This document shows positions 51,796-61,768 of a DNA stretch of 64,000 bases, in pieces. Source of the DNA: Dehalococcoidia bacterium (lineage in GTDB: Bacteria > Chloroflexota > Dehalococcoidia > SM23-28-2 > RBG-16-64-32); assembly GCA_963665775.2 (NCBI GenBank), contig CAXXTF010000002.1, positions 384,001 to 448,000 of the forward strand, read 5' to 3'. The position numbers were made by a program, and so were the translations under genes. A model generated the notes under the pieces. That model was not told the origin of the DNA, searched no databases, and saw only the letters and a program-made list of their open reading frames with translations. The stretch's first letter is position 1. Every line of letters starts with the position of its first letter.

Positions 51796-53781
51796 ATGGT
51801 TAGTAGCTCAGAAGCAGCCGCAAGGTTTAAGAACCTGCTTAGTCCCCTGCAAATCGGCAATTTCACAGTACGCAACCGACTACTCAGTACGGCTCACGGC
51901 ACCGGTATGGGATCGATGGGCCTGCCCTCCCCGCGGATGCGGGACTACTGGCTCTCCAAGGCCAAGGGGGGCATCGGCCTCATCATTACGCAGGCCGATA
52001 ACGTAGACCCCTCGGGCGGTAGAGGTGGTGGTGGGATCCAGCTCTGGCGGGAGGAGATTATCCCGCCCTTACGTCAGATTTCCGCTGCCCTCCACGACGC
52101 TGGTGCCAAGTTCGTGCTTCAGATGAACCACTCGGGCCGTTCCACCTATGGCGGCTGGATGGCCTTGGAGCCGGTCTGGTCTGCTTCCGCCGTCCAGAGC
52201 CCCTACGAATACAACAACGAGACACCCTTCGAGATGAGGGTGAAGGACATCCGGGATGTGGTCAAGGCCTACGGCTCGGCGGCCCGTCGCGCACAGGCCG
52301 GAGGCGTGGACGGGGTGGAGGTCCACGCCGCCCACGACTACCTCTTCCAGCAGTTTATGTCGCCGAAGTCTAACAAGCGGACCGACGACTACGGTGGCTC
52401 CGAGGACAATCGTCTCCGCTTCCTCCACGAGGCCCTCGACGCTGTCCGAGCAGAGGTCACCGATGACTTCTGTGTGGGCATCCGCATTAACGGCGACGAG
52501 GACAACGAGGAAGGCCTGACGATCGATGACATGGAGCGGATTATCCAGAAGATCACCGCTCGTCACAAGATTGACTACGTAAGCGTCAGCGGCGGCAGCA
52601 GTGGCCGCAACGTCATTATTCCCGTCAACATCGTGCCGCCCGGCCAGTACGTGCCCCTGGCGGCGCGCATCAAGCAGGTGGTGGACGTACCCGTCTTCTG
52701 CGTAGGCGGCATCACGGACCCCGTCATGGCGGAGGGGATCCTGGAGCAGCACCAGGCGGATATGGTAGGGATGACCCGGGCCCACATAGCAGACCCGGAG
52801 ATCGGCAACAAGGTACGTGAGGGCCGCCTGGATGAGATTCGGGCCTGCATTCGCTGTATGGAGGGCTGCTTGAATAGCCCCGTCGGCATGAGCTGCGTGG
52901 TGAACCCCAGTGTAGGCCGGGAGGCCGAGACGGAACTGACCCCGGCGCCGGTCAAGAAGAAGGTGATGGTCATCGGCGGCGGCATCGCCGGCATGCAAGC
53001 GGCCTGGGCAGCGGCGATGCGGGGCCACGAGGTCTCCCTCTACGAGAAGGATTCCCAGTTGGGCGGCCAGCTCCTCACCTCGGCCAAGGCGCCAGCGCGG
53101 GCAGAGATGGCCGAGCCTGCCCGTTACTTTACGAGGCAGTTCCAACTGCTGGAGGTCCCCGTCCACCTGGAGGTCACCGCGGACGAAGAGCTGGTGGGGC
53201 GGGAGAACCCCGACGTCATCATCGTGGCTACCGGCGGGGTAGCTCAGTGGCCGCCCATCGAGGGGATCGAGGACGGCAAGGCCGAGGGCGTAAACGTCTA
53301 CCTGGCCCGCGACGTGGTGGACGGTAAAGTCGAGGTGACCGGCGATAAGGTTATCGTCTACTCCTTGGACTACGGGATGGAGCCGCTCAGCGCCGCCGAC
53401 TTCCTGGTGGATCGGGGTAAGGAAGTGGAGATCCTCTCCCCGTATCCCCACATCGGCCAGGTCGTGGAACGGCTGATGATGAGGCCCATGATGCTGTCCC
53501 GCCTGACCGATAGGGGGGTCAAGATCAGCATCCTGACCGGCATCAAGGCCGTCCGCAATGGCCAGATCATCGTCAATAACTTCCCACCCTTCGGCAGTAA
53601 GGAATGGCCGGTGGAGGGGGTGAAGGACCTCGTGATCTCGGCCGGCAGCGAAGCCAATGATGCCCTCTGGCGGTCCCTGGAGGGAAAGGGGAGGGAGGTT
53701 ATCCCCGTAGGCGAAGCCCAGGCCCCACGCCTGCTGTTTCGTTCCGCTCTGGAAGGCTTTCTGGCTGGTCAGCGATTATAA
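51796..53781 (+). CDS. NADH:flavin oxidoreductase (OYE TIM barrel, 4Fe-4S and FAD domain; FadH/BaiCD-like)
   Basis: EVHAAHDYL, NKRTDDYGGS, CIRCMEGC...C and GGGIAG motifs. Confidence 0.93.
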   Translation: MVSSSEAAARFKNLLSPLQIGNFTVRNRLLSTAHGTGMGSMGLPSPRMRDYWLSKAKGGIGLIITQADNVDPSGGRGGGGIQLWREEIIPPLRQISAALHDAGAKFVLQMNHSGRSTYGGWMALEPVWSASAVQSPYEYNNETPFEMRVKDIRDVVKAYGSAARRAQAGGVDGVEVHAAHDYLFQQFMSPKSNKRTDDYGGSEDNRLRFLHEALDAVRAEVTDDFCVGIRINGDEDNEEGLTIDDMERIIQKITARHKIDYVSVSGGSSGRNVIIPVNIVPPGQYVPLAARIKQVVDVPVFCVGGITDPVMAEGILEQHQADMVGMTRAHIADPEIGNKVREGRLDEIRACIRCMEGCLNSPVGMSCVVNPSVGREAETELTPAPVKKKVMVIGGGIAGMQAAWAAAMRGHEVSLYEKDSQLGGQLLTSAKAPARAEMAEPARYFTRQFQLLEVPVHLEVTADEELVGRENPDVIIVATGGVAQWPPIEGIEDGKAEGVNVYLARDVVDGKVEVTGDKVIVYSLDYGMEPLSAADFLVDRGKEVEILSPYPHIGQVVERLMMRPMMLSRLTDRGVKISILTGIKAVRNGQIIVNNFPPFGSKEWPVEGVKDLVISAGSEANDALWRSLEGKGREVIPVGEAQAPRLLFRSALEGFLAGQRL

Positions 53782-53898
53782 TGGAAAGCGAGCGAATGCT
53801 GCCGGGCGTTCGCCTCCTGCCCCTAACTATGCGGTGGTGGCCGGAAAGCGGTCGCTGGCCGGAACACTCAGCACCATTTTTCGTCCCCTTGATGCTAG

Positions 53899-54981
53899 AT
53901 GAGTAATCGCAAACAGTCTGCCTCCTCTAAAGCGCCGTCCGCCAAGGCGCGGGGTCGCTCCCGAAGTGCCGAGCGTACGGACGGCGCCAAGCGTGACAGC
54001 ATGCAGGTGATAGCCTCCGGGCAGGGGGAGTTCCTTGCCCCTGACCCCGACGGTTTTCGCCGCTTCATACGCGATAACAAGGTTCGGAACGAGGTAGACA
54101 AGCGCATGTCTGCCCAGGAGGCCGTCCAGCGCTTCGTACAGGACGGCAACTATATCACCCTTGACGGCAACATGGGATATCGGGGCCCTAACCTCTTACT
54201 GCGGGAGGTCATCCGTCAGCGCAAGCGAGACTTATGGGTGGCGGCCGGGCCAGGCACCAATGAGATCCCCCTTCTTGTGGCGGCGGGCTGTGTATCCCGC
54301 GTGGATGTGGGCTGGATGGACCCCAGTCCCGTTATCCAGTACGCGATGAGGGAGGGACGGCTGAAGGTGGTGGAGTGGAGCAACGGCGGGCTCTCCTACC
54401 GGCATCTGGCCGGCGCCATGGGGGTCCCCTTCCTCCCCGTCCGCTTCCTGGGCGGCTCCGGCGCGTTCGAGCATTCGGGAGCCAAGCTGATAAAGGACCC
54501 CTTCACCGGTGAGAACCTCGTTCTGGTGCCGGCCATCAATCCAGATGTGGCCTTGATCCACGTTCACCAATCTGACCGCTTCGGCAACTGTCGGGTCTTT
54601 GGTCCCGGCTTTGCCCCCGCAGAGAAGGCGGGCAGTGCCAAGCGGGTTATTATCTCCACAGAGGAGATCATTGAACCTGCAGAGATCCGCCGCCTCCCGG
54701 GCCTAACCACCATCCCTCATTACATAGTGGATGCGGTGGTGCACGCCCCCTTCGGGGCCTATCCCGGCGGCATGCCCGGCATGTATCACGGGGACGGGGA
54801 GCACATGGGCGATTTAGCCGCCGCACAGAGGTCAAGACGAGATTCAGGCCTGTTGGAGAAATTCTTGGAGAAGTGGATATACAGCGTAGCGTCCGATGAG
54901 GAGATGTTGGAGAAGCACGTGGAGCGGGAGACGCTAAGTGAAATGAGGACAAGCAACATTAGCGAGGCATTCGGCGTATGA
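53899..54981 (+). CDS. Class I CoA-transferase fold, alpha subunit (GctA-like)
   Basis: AGAMGVPFLP, PAINPDVALIH and VDAVVHAPFGAYP motifs. Confidence 0.9.
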   Translation: MSNRKQSASSKAPSAKARGRSRSAERTDGAKRDSMQVIASGQGEFLAPDPDGFRRFIRDNKVRNEVDKRMSAQEAVQRFVQDGNYITLDGNMGYRGPNLLLREVIRQRKRDLWVAAGPGTNEIPLLVAAGCVSRVDVGWMDPSPVIQYAMREGRLKVVEWSNGGLSYRHLAGAMGVPFLPVRFLGGSGAFEHSGAKLIKDPFTGENLVLVPAINPDVALIHVHQSDRFGNCRVFGPGFAPAEKAGSAKRVIISTEEIIEPAEIRRLPGLTTIPHYIVDAVVHAPFGAYPGGMPGMYHGDGEHMGDLAAAQRSRRDSGLLEKFLEKWIYSVASDEEMLEKHVERETLSEMRTSNISEAFGV

Positions 54982-55835
54982 TCGACGATACCATTACCTT
55001 CACAGACACGGAGGCGCTCGCCGTTCAGGGAGCGCGCTTGATGGAGTCAGGCCGCAGCTATTTCATCGCGGCGGGAGGGCCGCCCGCCCTGGCCGTTATA
55101 CTGGGCAAGCGGCTTTATGCGCCGGACCTGATCTATTCGTACGGAGATGGCGCCATAGACCCTCAACCGGACTACCCCCCACGCAGAACGACCACCCCTT
55201 ACACGCGGTCCGCGGCCTTTGGGAGCATGAACAACCCTCGCTTCCAGGCTACCGCGGGCTATATGGACTATGCTGCCCTGGAAGCCATACAGGTGGACCA
55301 GTTCGGTAACTTCAACACCTCGATGATTGGTACCGACTACGAGCGGCCGCGACGCCGTTTTGGCGGCGCCGGCGGCGCCAATGAGATGGCCTCCTGTTGC
55401 TGGCGGACCATCCTAGTACTGAGGCTGGAGGAGCGCCGGCTCGTCCCCCAGGTGGACTTCATCACCTCCCCGGGCTTTCTAGACGGCTCCCCCAGAGCGC
55501 GTGAGCGAGCCGGCTTACCGGCGGACACGGGTCCCTATCGGGTGATTACTGACCAGGCCATTTTCGGTTTCGAGGAGAAGAGCCACCGCATGGAGCTCCT
55601 CGCTGTCGGCTCGTGGACATCGGCGGAGGCGGTGATCGGGAAGATGGAATTCGAGCCTCTAGTGGCGAAAGACCTGAAGGTACTAGAGCAGCCCACTCTG
55701 GTAGAGTTATGGTCCCTGCGGACTGAGATCGATCCGGGTGGGCGTGCCCTCGCTGGCTTCTCGCAGGATTTCCAGGTGGCGAGGGGTGGATGGATTTCAC
55801 CCGATACCAGTGCCACCGGAAGCCTGGCCCTATGA
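54978..55835 (+). CDS. Class I CoA-transferase fold, beta subunit (GctB-like)
   Basis: QVDQFGNFNTS, GAGGANEMAS, VDFITSPG and GPYRVITD motifs. Confidence 0.9.
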   Translation: MIDDTITFTDTEALAVQGARLMESGRSYFIAAGGPPALAVILGKRLYAPDLIYSYGDGAIDPQPDYPPRRTTTPYTRSAAFGSMNNPRFQATAGYMDYAALEAIQVDQFGNFNTSMIGTDYERPRRRFGGAGGANEMASCCWRTILVLRLEERRLVPQVDFITSPGFLDGSPRARERAGLPADTGPYRVITDQAIFGFEEKSHRMELLAVGSWTSAEAVIGKMEFEPLVAKDLKVLEQPTLVELWSLRTEIDPGGRALAGFSQDFQVARGGWISPDTSATGSLAL

Positions 55836-55932
55836 TCGTCGGGAGGGGCTCTTGACATACCCTAGGGCCAGTGGCTATCGTTTGATAATGTATTGTTTGT
55901 CTAGAGCAATATCCTAAAATAAGGAGGACATA

Positions 55933-57753
55933 ATGGACAACAATTACTGGGCACGATACTGGCGTAACCGTCTGACGCGCCGAACCCTATTGCGGACCAC
56001 CGCGGTCGGTGCCGGCGGCCTCGTTACGGCGGCGGTCGTAGGCTGTGGGGATGACGAAGAGGTGCCGGGGGCGACTACGCCTGCCGCCACCGCTACCCCC
56101 GCCGCAACGACCCCGGGCGCCACGGCTACCCCCGGCCCAACTGCCACCGAGGCCCCACCGGCGATCACGCGGGGCGGAAGGTACATTACCGGCGGTTCTA
56201 CCCGGAGCCCCACCACCACGGACCCTCATAAGAAAGGCGGCGGTGCCTACAGGTCCACCGTCAACAGCCGTCTGTTCACTCGGGAGACTGGCCCAGACTT
56301 CGAGTTATGGGGATCGCCGGGCGTGCCAGACGCCGTCGACACGTTCGAGCAGCCCGAGCCCACTGTCCTCATCGTGAAGCTCAAGCCCAACGTCGTGTTC
56401 GGCCATCCCATCAGCCGGGCCATGACCGCCGACGACGTCATCTACTCCTTCAGCCGCTACACCGGTGGCATCGAGGGGGTTCCCGAATCACCGGAAGGGG
56501 GAGCTACCAAGAGGATCTTCAAGTCCTGGACCAAGATAGACGATCTCACCGTCCGCTTCGACTTGAAGCAGCCCCAGGCCAACCTACTCTACTGGATGTC
56601 GGCCAGCTACACCCCCTTCCTGATGCCCGAGAATGCTGACAAGCTGTACGATGTCGATAACGTGGCGGTAGGGTCCGGCCCCTGGCGTGTCCAGAATTTC
56701 ACCAATGATGTCACCCTGGTATTAGAGCGGAACCCTGACTGGTTTGGCGGACCGGAAAGGCCTTACCTGGACCAGACCGAGAGTCTCGTTTCGGGGGACT
56801 ACACCTCCAGGTTGACCCAGTTCCTGGGCGGCAACTTTATGAGTCTGGTGAATGTCCCGGGTGGAGACCTCAAGCGGCTACAAGATACGATAGAAGGTGT
56901 GCAGCTCATCCTCAACCTTGTAGGAGACCCGGTGAACATGAGCGGCCTAACCTTCTCCCCTGAGAGGATCACCCCGAACGCCCCCTGGCGGGACCCGAGG
57001 GTGCGTCAGGCAATCTCGATGGCAATCGACCGGGATGCCATGACCGAGGCCGCCTACGACATCTCGATTCTGCAAGCGCGGGGCTTGGACGTCGAGGTCG
57101 AGTGGAACGGCTTCATCCCGGTGGCGATGCGGGAGTTCTGGAACGACCCCAAGCGGGTGGGGCCCAACAAGATGGATCCGGAGTCGGCCCAGTACTTCGC
57201 GTACGATCCGGAAGGGGCCAGGAACCTGCTAAAGGAGGCCGGCTACGAGGGCGGCTTCAGTGGCGGGCCCTTCTGGTACATCAACATCTTCGGCCCGGGC
57301 AGCATCACCATAGCCGAGCTGACCGCCCAGTACCTCGCCCAGGTCGGGATCAACTTCGACCTCAGCGTCGCCGACTACCGCGGCTACTACGTGCCCTCGA
57401 TCCGCAACACGGGTGATTACGAGGGGATGGCCTTAGTGCCATTCGGGACGTTCGGGGAGCCAGGTGAGGTGCTGGTCGGGATGTACGTCCCCGGCGGCAA
57501 CCGTAACAACGGCCAGATCGATGACCCGGTGCTGACCGCCCAGATCTCAGACATCGAGCAAGATCTGGACCCGCCGTCCCGGAGACAGAAGATTCTCGAC
57601 CTCCAGAACGACCTCGCTCTTAAGATGTACTATGTGCCGATGCAGGCAGGGGCGGCGCCGGTGGCCACCGCCTACCAGCCATATGTACAGAACGCAGTCA
57701 CACATATCAGCCGGCAGGCCTATAACAATTCCTACTACTGGCTCGACCTGTAG
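55933..57753 (+). CDS. ABC family-5 solute-binding protein, Tat lipoprotein
   Basis: TRRTLLR twin-arginine signal, VGC lipobox, GSGPW and DPRVRQAISMAIDR motifs. Confidence 0.93.
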   Translation: MDNNYWARYWRNRLTRRTLLRTTAVGAGGLVTAAVVGCGDDEEVPGATTPAATATPAATTPGATATPGPTATEAPPAITRGGRYITGGSTRSPTTTDPHKKGGGAYRSTVNSRLFTRETGPDFELWGSPGVPDAVDTFEQPEPTVLIVKLKPNVVFGHPISRAMTADDVIYSFSRYTGGIEGVPESPEGGATKRIFKSWTKIDDLTVRFDLKQPQANLLYWMSASYTPFLMPENADKLYDVDNVAVGSGPWRVQNFTNDVTLVLERNPDWFGGPERPYLDQTESLVSGDYTSRLTQFLGGNFMSLVNVPGGDLKRLQDTIEGVQLILNLVGDPVNMSGLTFSPERITPNAPWRDPRVRQAISMAIDRDAMTEAAYDISILQARGLDVEVEWNGFIPVAMREFWNDPKRVGPNKMDPESAQYFAYDPEGARNLLKEAGYEGGFSGGPFWYINIFGPGSITIAELTAQYLAQVGINFDLSVADYRGYYVPSIRNTGDYEGMALVPFGTFGEPGEVLVGMYVPGGNRNNGQIDDPVLTAQISDIEQDLDPPSRRQKILDLQNDLALKMYYVPMQAGAAPVATAYQPYVQNAVTHISRQAYNNSYYWLDL

Positions 57754-57785
57754 GCGAGAGTAGCGTAGCAAAGGCTGGACTAACG

Positions 57786-57812
57786 CCATCCATCCGGGTA
57801 CGGATGGATGGC
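57786..57812. terminator. Hairpin after the SBP gene
   Basis: GCCATCCATCCG-ggta-CGGATGGATGGC inverted repeat; no long T tail. Confidence 0.6.
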
Positions 57813-57847
57813 GTTAGTCGTGCCCGATGAGTGGGTTCGAGTCAGGG

Positions 57848-57888
57848 CAGATCGACGATCTGAAGTCCAGAAACGCGGTCGCTTGGAA
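57848..57888 (+). repeat. 41-bp direct repeat of the CoA-transferase 3' end (second copy 61218-61258)
   Basis: CAGATCGACGATCTGAAGTCCAGAAACG(C/T)GGTCGCTTGGAA, one mismatch. Confidence 0.9.
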
Positions 57889-57976
57889 GGGGACGTACTG
57901 TCTATAGCGCATATTCACTTATCAACATTGACAGCTATATCAGGCTGTAAATGTGCCACCCATCTTGACAAATTTT

Positions 57977-58885
57977 ATGCGTACAGTCACGATACTCCTT
58001 GTCCTAGCAGTCGCCACCTTGCTGCTGGCCAGCGATGGTTCCAGCACATCGTCCGGAAAGATTGCGTTCGCGTCGGACCGCACTGGCAATCTGGAGATCT
58101 ACATCATGAACGCGGATGGCTCCGGCCAGACTCGCCTCACCGACAACACGGGGATCAATCCAGCCTGGTCGCCCGACGGCACTCGCATCGCCTTCAATTC
58201 GGACCGTGACGACAACTTCGATATCTACGTCATGAACGCGGATGGCTCCGACCAGACCAGGCTCACCGATAACCCCGCCTTCGACATCAAGCCCGCCTGG
58301 TCGCCCGACGGCACTCGCATCGCCTTCACTTCGAACCGTGATGGCAATTCTGAGATCTACGTCATGAACGTGGATGGCTCGAATCAGGTCAACCTCACAC
58401 ACAGCGACGCCTTGCAAGCCAACGCGGCCTGGTCGCCAGATGGCTCCCTCATCGCCTTCACCTCAGACTACGAGTTCGACCTCGCCTTCCCCGCAGACTA
58501 CGAGTTCAACCGCGAGATCTACGTGATGAACGCCGATGGCTCCAACAGTACTCGTCTCACCGAAAGCGACGGCTTCGATGGCAGCGCTGCCTGGTCGCCC
58601 GACGGCTCCCGCATCATGTTCACCTCCGACCGCCGCGACGACAATCTCGAGATTTACGTCATGAATGCCGATGGCTCCAATATTACTCGCATCACCAACA
58701 ACAGTGCTATCGACCAATCCCCGGCCTGGTCGCCCGATGGCACTCGGATCGCTTTCTTCTCCTTTCGGGACGGGAAGAAGGATATCTACGTGATGAACGC
58801 CGATGGCTCCGACGAAACCCGGCTTACCAGTGACTCCGCTGATGACCTCGCCCCCGCCTGGTTGCCGGACGGCCAAATATCGTGA
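57977..58885 (+). CDS. Secreted TolB-like PD40-repeat beta-propeller protein
   Basis: Repeated IYVMNADGS...RLT...PAWSPDG..IAF units. Confidence 0.92.
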   Translation: MRTVTILLVLAVATLLLASDGSSTSSGKIAFASDRTGNLEIYIMNADGSGQTRLTDNTGINPAWSPDGTRIAFNSDRDDNFDIYVMNADGSDQTRLTDNPAFDIKPAWSPDGTRIAFTSNRDGNSEIYVMNVDGSNQVNLTHSDALQANAAWSPDGSLIAFTSDYEFDLAFPADYEFNREIYVMNADGSNSTRLTESDGFDGSAAWSPDGSRIMFTSDRRDDNLEIYVMNADGSNITRITNNSAIDQSPAWSPDGTRIAFFSFRDGKKDIYVMNADGSDETRLTSDSADDLAPAWLPDGQIS

Positions 58886-58910
58886 CGGCGATGCCGAAAT
58901 TGAAGTTGCC

Positions 58911-61268
58911 ATGACGCTTGCATGTGACGGCCTGAGGGTCCTGGACCTCGGCCAGGGCTACGGGGCGATTCCCGGCATGATCCTGGCCGACTATGGGGCT
59001 GAGGTGATCAAGGTGGAGCCCCTCGGGGGAGAGGCGTTTCGACATCTCCCCGCTTTCCTTCAGTGGAACCGGGGGAAGAAGAGCGTTGTCCTGGACTTGA
59101 AGACGGAGGAGGGCCGCCAGGCGGCCCAGGCCCTGGCCAGAGAGAGCGACGTAGTCATAGAGAACTTCCGGCCAGGGGTAGCCGAGCGGTTGGGCCTGGG
59201 CTACGAGGGGCTAGCTCAGGTGAACCGAGGGCTGGTCTACCTCTCGATCTCGGCCTTTGGTCAGAAGGGCAAGTACCGCCACTATAAAGGGTACGAGGGG
59301 ATCGTTTCGGCCAAGTGTGGCCAGCATCTGCTGCAGTGCGGCTATCGCGGGGACGATCCCCACTACGATGCCGTGTTCAAGTGCAGCTTCGGGTCGGCGA
59401 TCCAGGGGCTCATCGGCATCCTGGCTGCCCTCCACCTGAGAGACGAGGCCGGGGTGGGCCAGAAGGTGGAATCCACGATGGTTCAGGCCCTTTACGTCTA
59501 CTCCTACGGCGGCATCCGCTTTCTCGACGATCCCGCCCTCTACCGCCGTCTGGGTGGTGTCCAGAGCAAGGACCCCACAAACAATAGTACGGGGTTCCAC
59601 ATAGCCCAGTGTGCAGACGGCGAATTCATCCAGTCGGGGAGTGCTGGGCGTATCCTTGATAATATGATGAGGGCGCTCGGCATCGAGGAGTACTTCACGG
59701 ACCCCCGGTTCAAGGGCAACGGGACGCCCGTTACCGATGAGGACAAGGCCTACCTCATCTCCCGGGTAGATGAGGCCTACAAGACCAAGCCCCTGGAGGA
59801 GTGGGTCAGGATCTTCAACGAGCAGGATGTGGGCTATGCGCTCTTTGAGACTACCCAGGAGTTCATGGACTACCCCCAGCTGCTCCACAACGGCCACGTC
59901 ATCGAGGTGGACGACCCCACGGTGGGGAGGATGAAGCAGGTCGGTCCGCTGGTGAAGTTCGTGGGGCAGGAGTGGAAGTTCCCGGGCCCGGCTCCGCAAC
60001 TGGGCCAGCACACAAGGGAGGTGTTGGCCAGGGTAAAGGATGCACCTGGTCAGGCCTCTAGCCCTGCCGGCTCCTCCCCAGCACCGGCCCTCCCTGAAGG
60101 GGCCTTGAACGGCGTCACCATCGTAGACCTCGCTACCTTCGCCGCGGCGCCCGGGGGCCCCGGTATCCTAAGGGACCTGGGGGCCCGGGTCATCAAGGTA
60201 GAACCGCCTGAGGGCGAGCCTATGAGTGGCAATCTGGGGGACCTCTTCTTCCGGCTTCATCGGGGCAAGGAGCGAATCTGCCTTGACCTCAAGACTCCTG
60301 AGGGTAGAGAGATCCTGTACCAGCTTGTGGCTGGGGCCGACATCTTCGTCCACAACTTTCGGCCTGGGGTGCCGGAGCGGCTAGGCCTGGACTACGAGGC
60401 CCTGAGGAAGGTCAACCCCCGCCTGGTCTACCTCTATGCAGCGGCCTTCGGATCCAGCGGGCCCGACGCCCGTCGGCCGGCGTTCGACCCGGTTGTCTCA
60501 GCTATGGCGGGCGCCCAAATCCTCCAGGCAGGTGAAGGTAATCCGCCCCAGGACAAGCGTGTCAGCGACCACAGCGCCTATATGGGGGTGGCGGTGGCCG
60601 CGCTCTTGGGCCTGCAGGCCCGTGCGCGGAGCGGCGAGGGCCAATGCATGGAGACCACCATGCTGTGCAGCGCTGCCTATCTATTCTCCGACGACTTCTT
60701 GCGCTACGGGGGCAAGCCGCCCCGGCCCACTCCCGACAAGGGACAGTACGGCCTGGGCTCCCTGTACCGCCTGTACCGGGCCGAAGAGGGGTGGCTGTTC
60801 CTGGCCGTCCTCACGGACGAGGAGTGGTCGGCCTTTTGCCAGGCGGTGGATCACCCTGACTGGCGGGATGATCCTCGCTTCTCCAGCAAGGGGGAGCGAA
60901 AGGCCCATGATGAGGAGCTGACCGGCCTGCTAGAGCTGCTGTTCAAGGAGCGGGGGGCCCAGGAATGGGAGGAGCTGCTTCAGGCCAGGGATGTTGCCTG
61001 CGCTGTGGCCAGTGGAACGTGGCCCGATTTTCTCTTCGACGATTGGGACGGGGGCGACCCGCAGTGCACGGCTGCTTATAGCTACCCGGGGATAGGGCAG
61101 ATGAGGCATTCGGGCATGAAGGTCATGCTGCTCAAGACGCCGGGCAGGATCGGATCGCCGCAGGTTCTGGGGGAGTCCACCAGGGCGGTGCTGGCGGAGC
61201 TGGGATATAGCCCAGGCCAGATCGACGATCTGAAGTCCAGAAACGTGGTCGCTTGGAAAGAGGCGTGA
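58911..61268 (+). CDS. Double-domain class III CoA-transferase
   Basis: Two LxDxGAxVIKVEP / NFRPGV modules. Confidence 0.92.
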   Translation: MTLACDGLRVLDLGQGYGAIPGMILADYGAEVIKVEPLGGEAFRHLPAFLQWNRGKKSVVLDLKTEEGRQAAQALARESDVVIENFRPGVAERLGLGYEGLAQVNRGLVYLSISAFGQKGKYRHYKGYEGIVSAKCGQHLLQCGYRGDDPHYDAVFKCSFGSAIQGLIGILAALHLRDEAGVGQKVESTMVQALYVYSYGGIRFLDDPALYRRLGGVQSKDPTNNSTGFHIAQCADGEFIQSGSAGRILDNMMRALGIEEYFTDPRFKGNGTPVTDEDKAYLISRVDEAYKTKPLEEWVRIFNEQDVGYALFETTQEFMDYPQLLHNGHVIEVDDPTVGRMKQVGPLVKFVGQEWKFPGPAPQLGQHTREVLARVKDAPGQASSPAGSSPAPALPEGALNGVTIVDLATFAAAPGGPGILRDLGARVIKVEPPEGEPMSGNLGDLFFRLHRGKERICLDLKTPEGREILYQLVAGADIFVHNFRPGVPERLGLDYEALRKVNPRLVYLYAAAFGSSGPDARRPAFDPVVSAMAGAQILQAGEGNPPQDKRVSDHSAYMGVAVAALLGLQARARSGEGQCMETTMLCSAAYLFSDDFLRYGGKPPRPTPDKGQYGLGSLYRLYRAEEGWLFLAVLTDEEWSAFCQAVDHPDWRDDPRFSSKGERKAHDEELTGLLELLFKERGAQEWEELLQARDVACAVASGTWPDFLFDDWDGGDPQCTAAYSYPGIGQMRHSGMKVMLLKTPGRIGSPQVLGESTRAVLAELGYSPGQIDDLKSRNVVAWKEA

Positions 61269-61348
61269 ACGCAAAGACGCATATGTGACCTTGTCAGTAA
61301 CATTGCGTCGCACTCCTATCACGCTCTTAGTACAAGGGGAGGAACCGA

Positions 61349-61747
61349 ATGACTCTGACGTTGGATGAGGCCGAACGGATCATCGATGGAGCCCAGCGGA
61401 AGGCCGCGGAATTGGGCACCGCCGTCACTGTAGCTATCGTCGATGCTGGCGGTCACTTGGTGGCCCTGGGACGAATGGACGGTGCGGGCTTCCCCACCGT
61501 GGAAATCGCCCGGGATAAGGCCCTGACCGCCGCTGGCTTTGGAGCCGACACGGATCAACTGGCCCAGAGTGTGGGGCAGATGCCCGCTTTCGCCAGCGGC
61601 ATCCAGATTGCCGGGGGCTGGCTGAGGTTCGTGGGCGGCGGCATCCCCCTGCGGCGGGACGGCCAGTTGTTGGGGGCCATCGGCATCTCCGGCAGCAGCA
61701 GTCAACAGGATGTCGACTGCGCCCAGGCGGGTCTGGCTCAGCTATAG
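61349..61747 (+). CDS. GlcG/HbpS-family (heme-binding) protein
   Basis: AIVDAGG, RMDGA, KALTA, GGGIPL and GAIGISG motifs. Confidence 0.9.
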   Translation: MTLTLDEAERIIDGAQRKAAELGTAVTVAIVDAGGHLVALGRMDGAGFPTVEIARDKALTAAGFGADTDQLAQSVGQMPAFASGIQIAGGWLRFVGGGIPLRRDGQLLGAIGISGSSSQQDVDCAQAGLAQL

Positions 61748-61768
61748 GCGTAGAGGGTACCGCCTAAG

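Noticed and set aside
58060-58870. Regularly spaced DNA repeats
   Set aside because: Explained by PD40 beta-propeller protein repeats.
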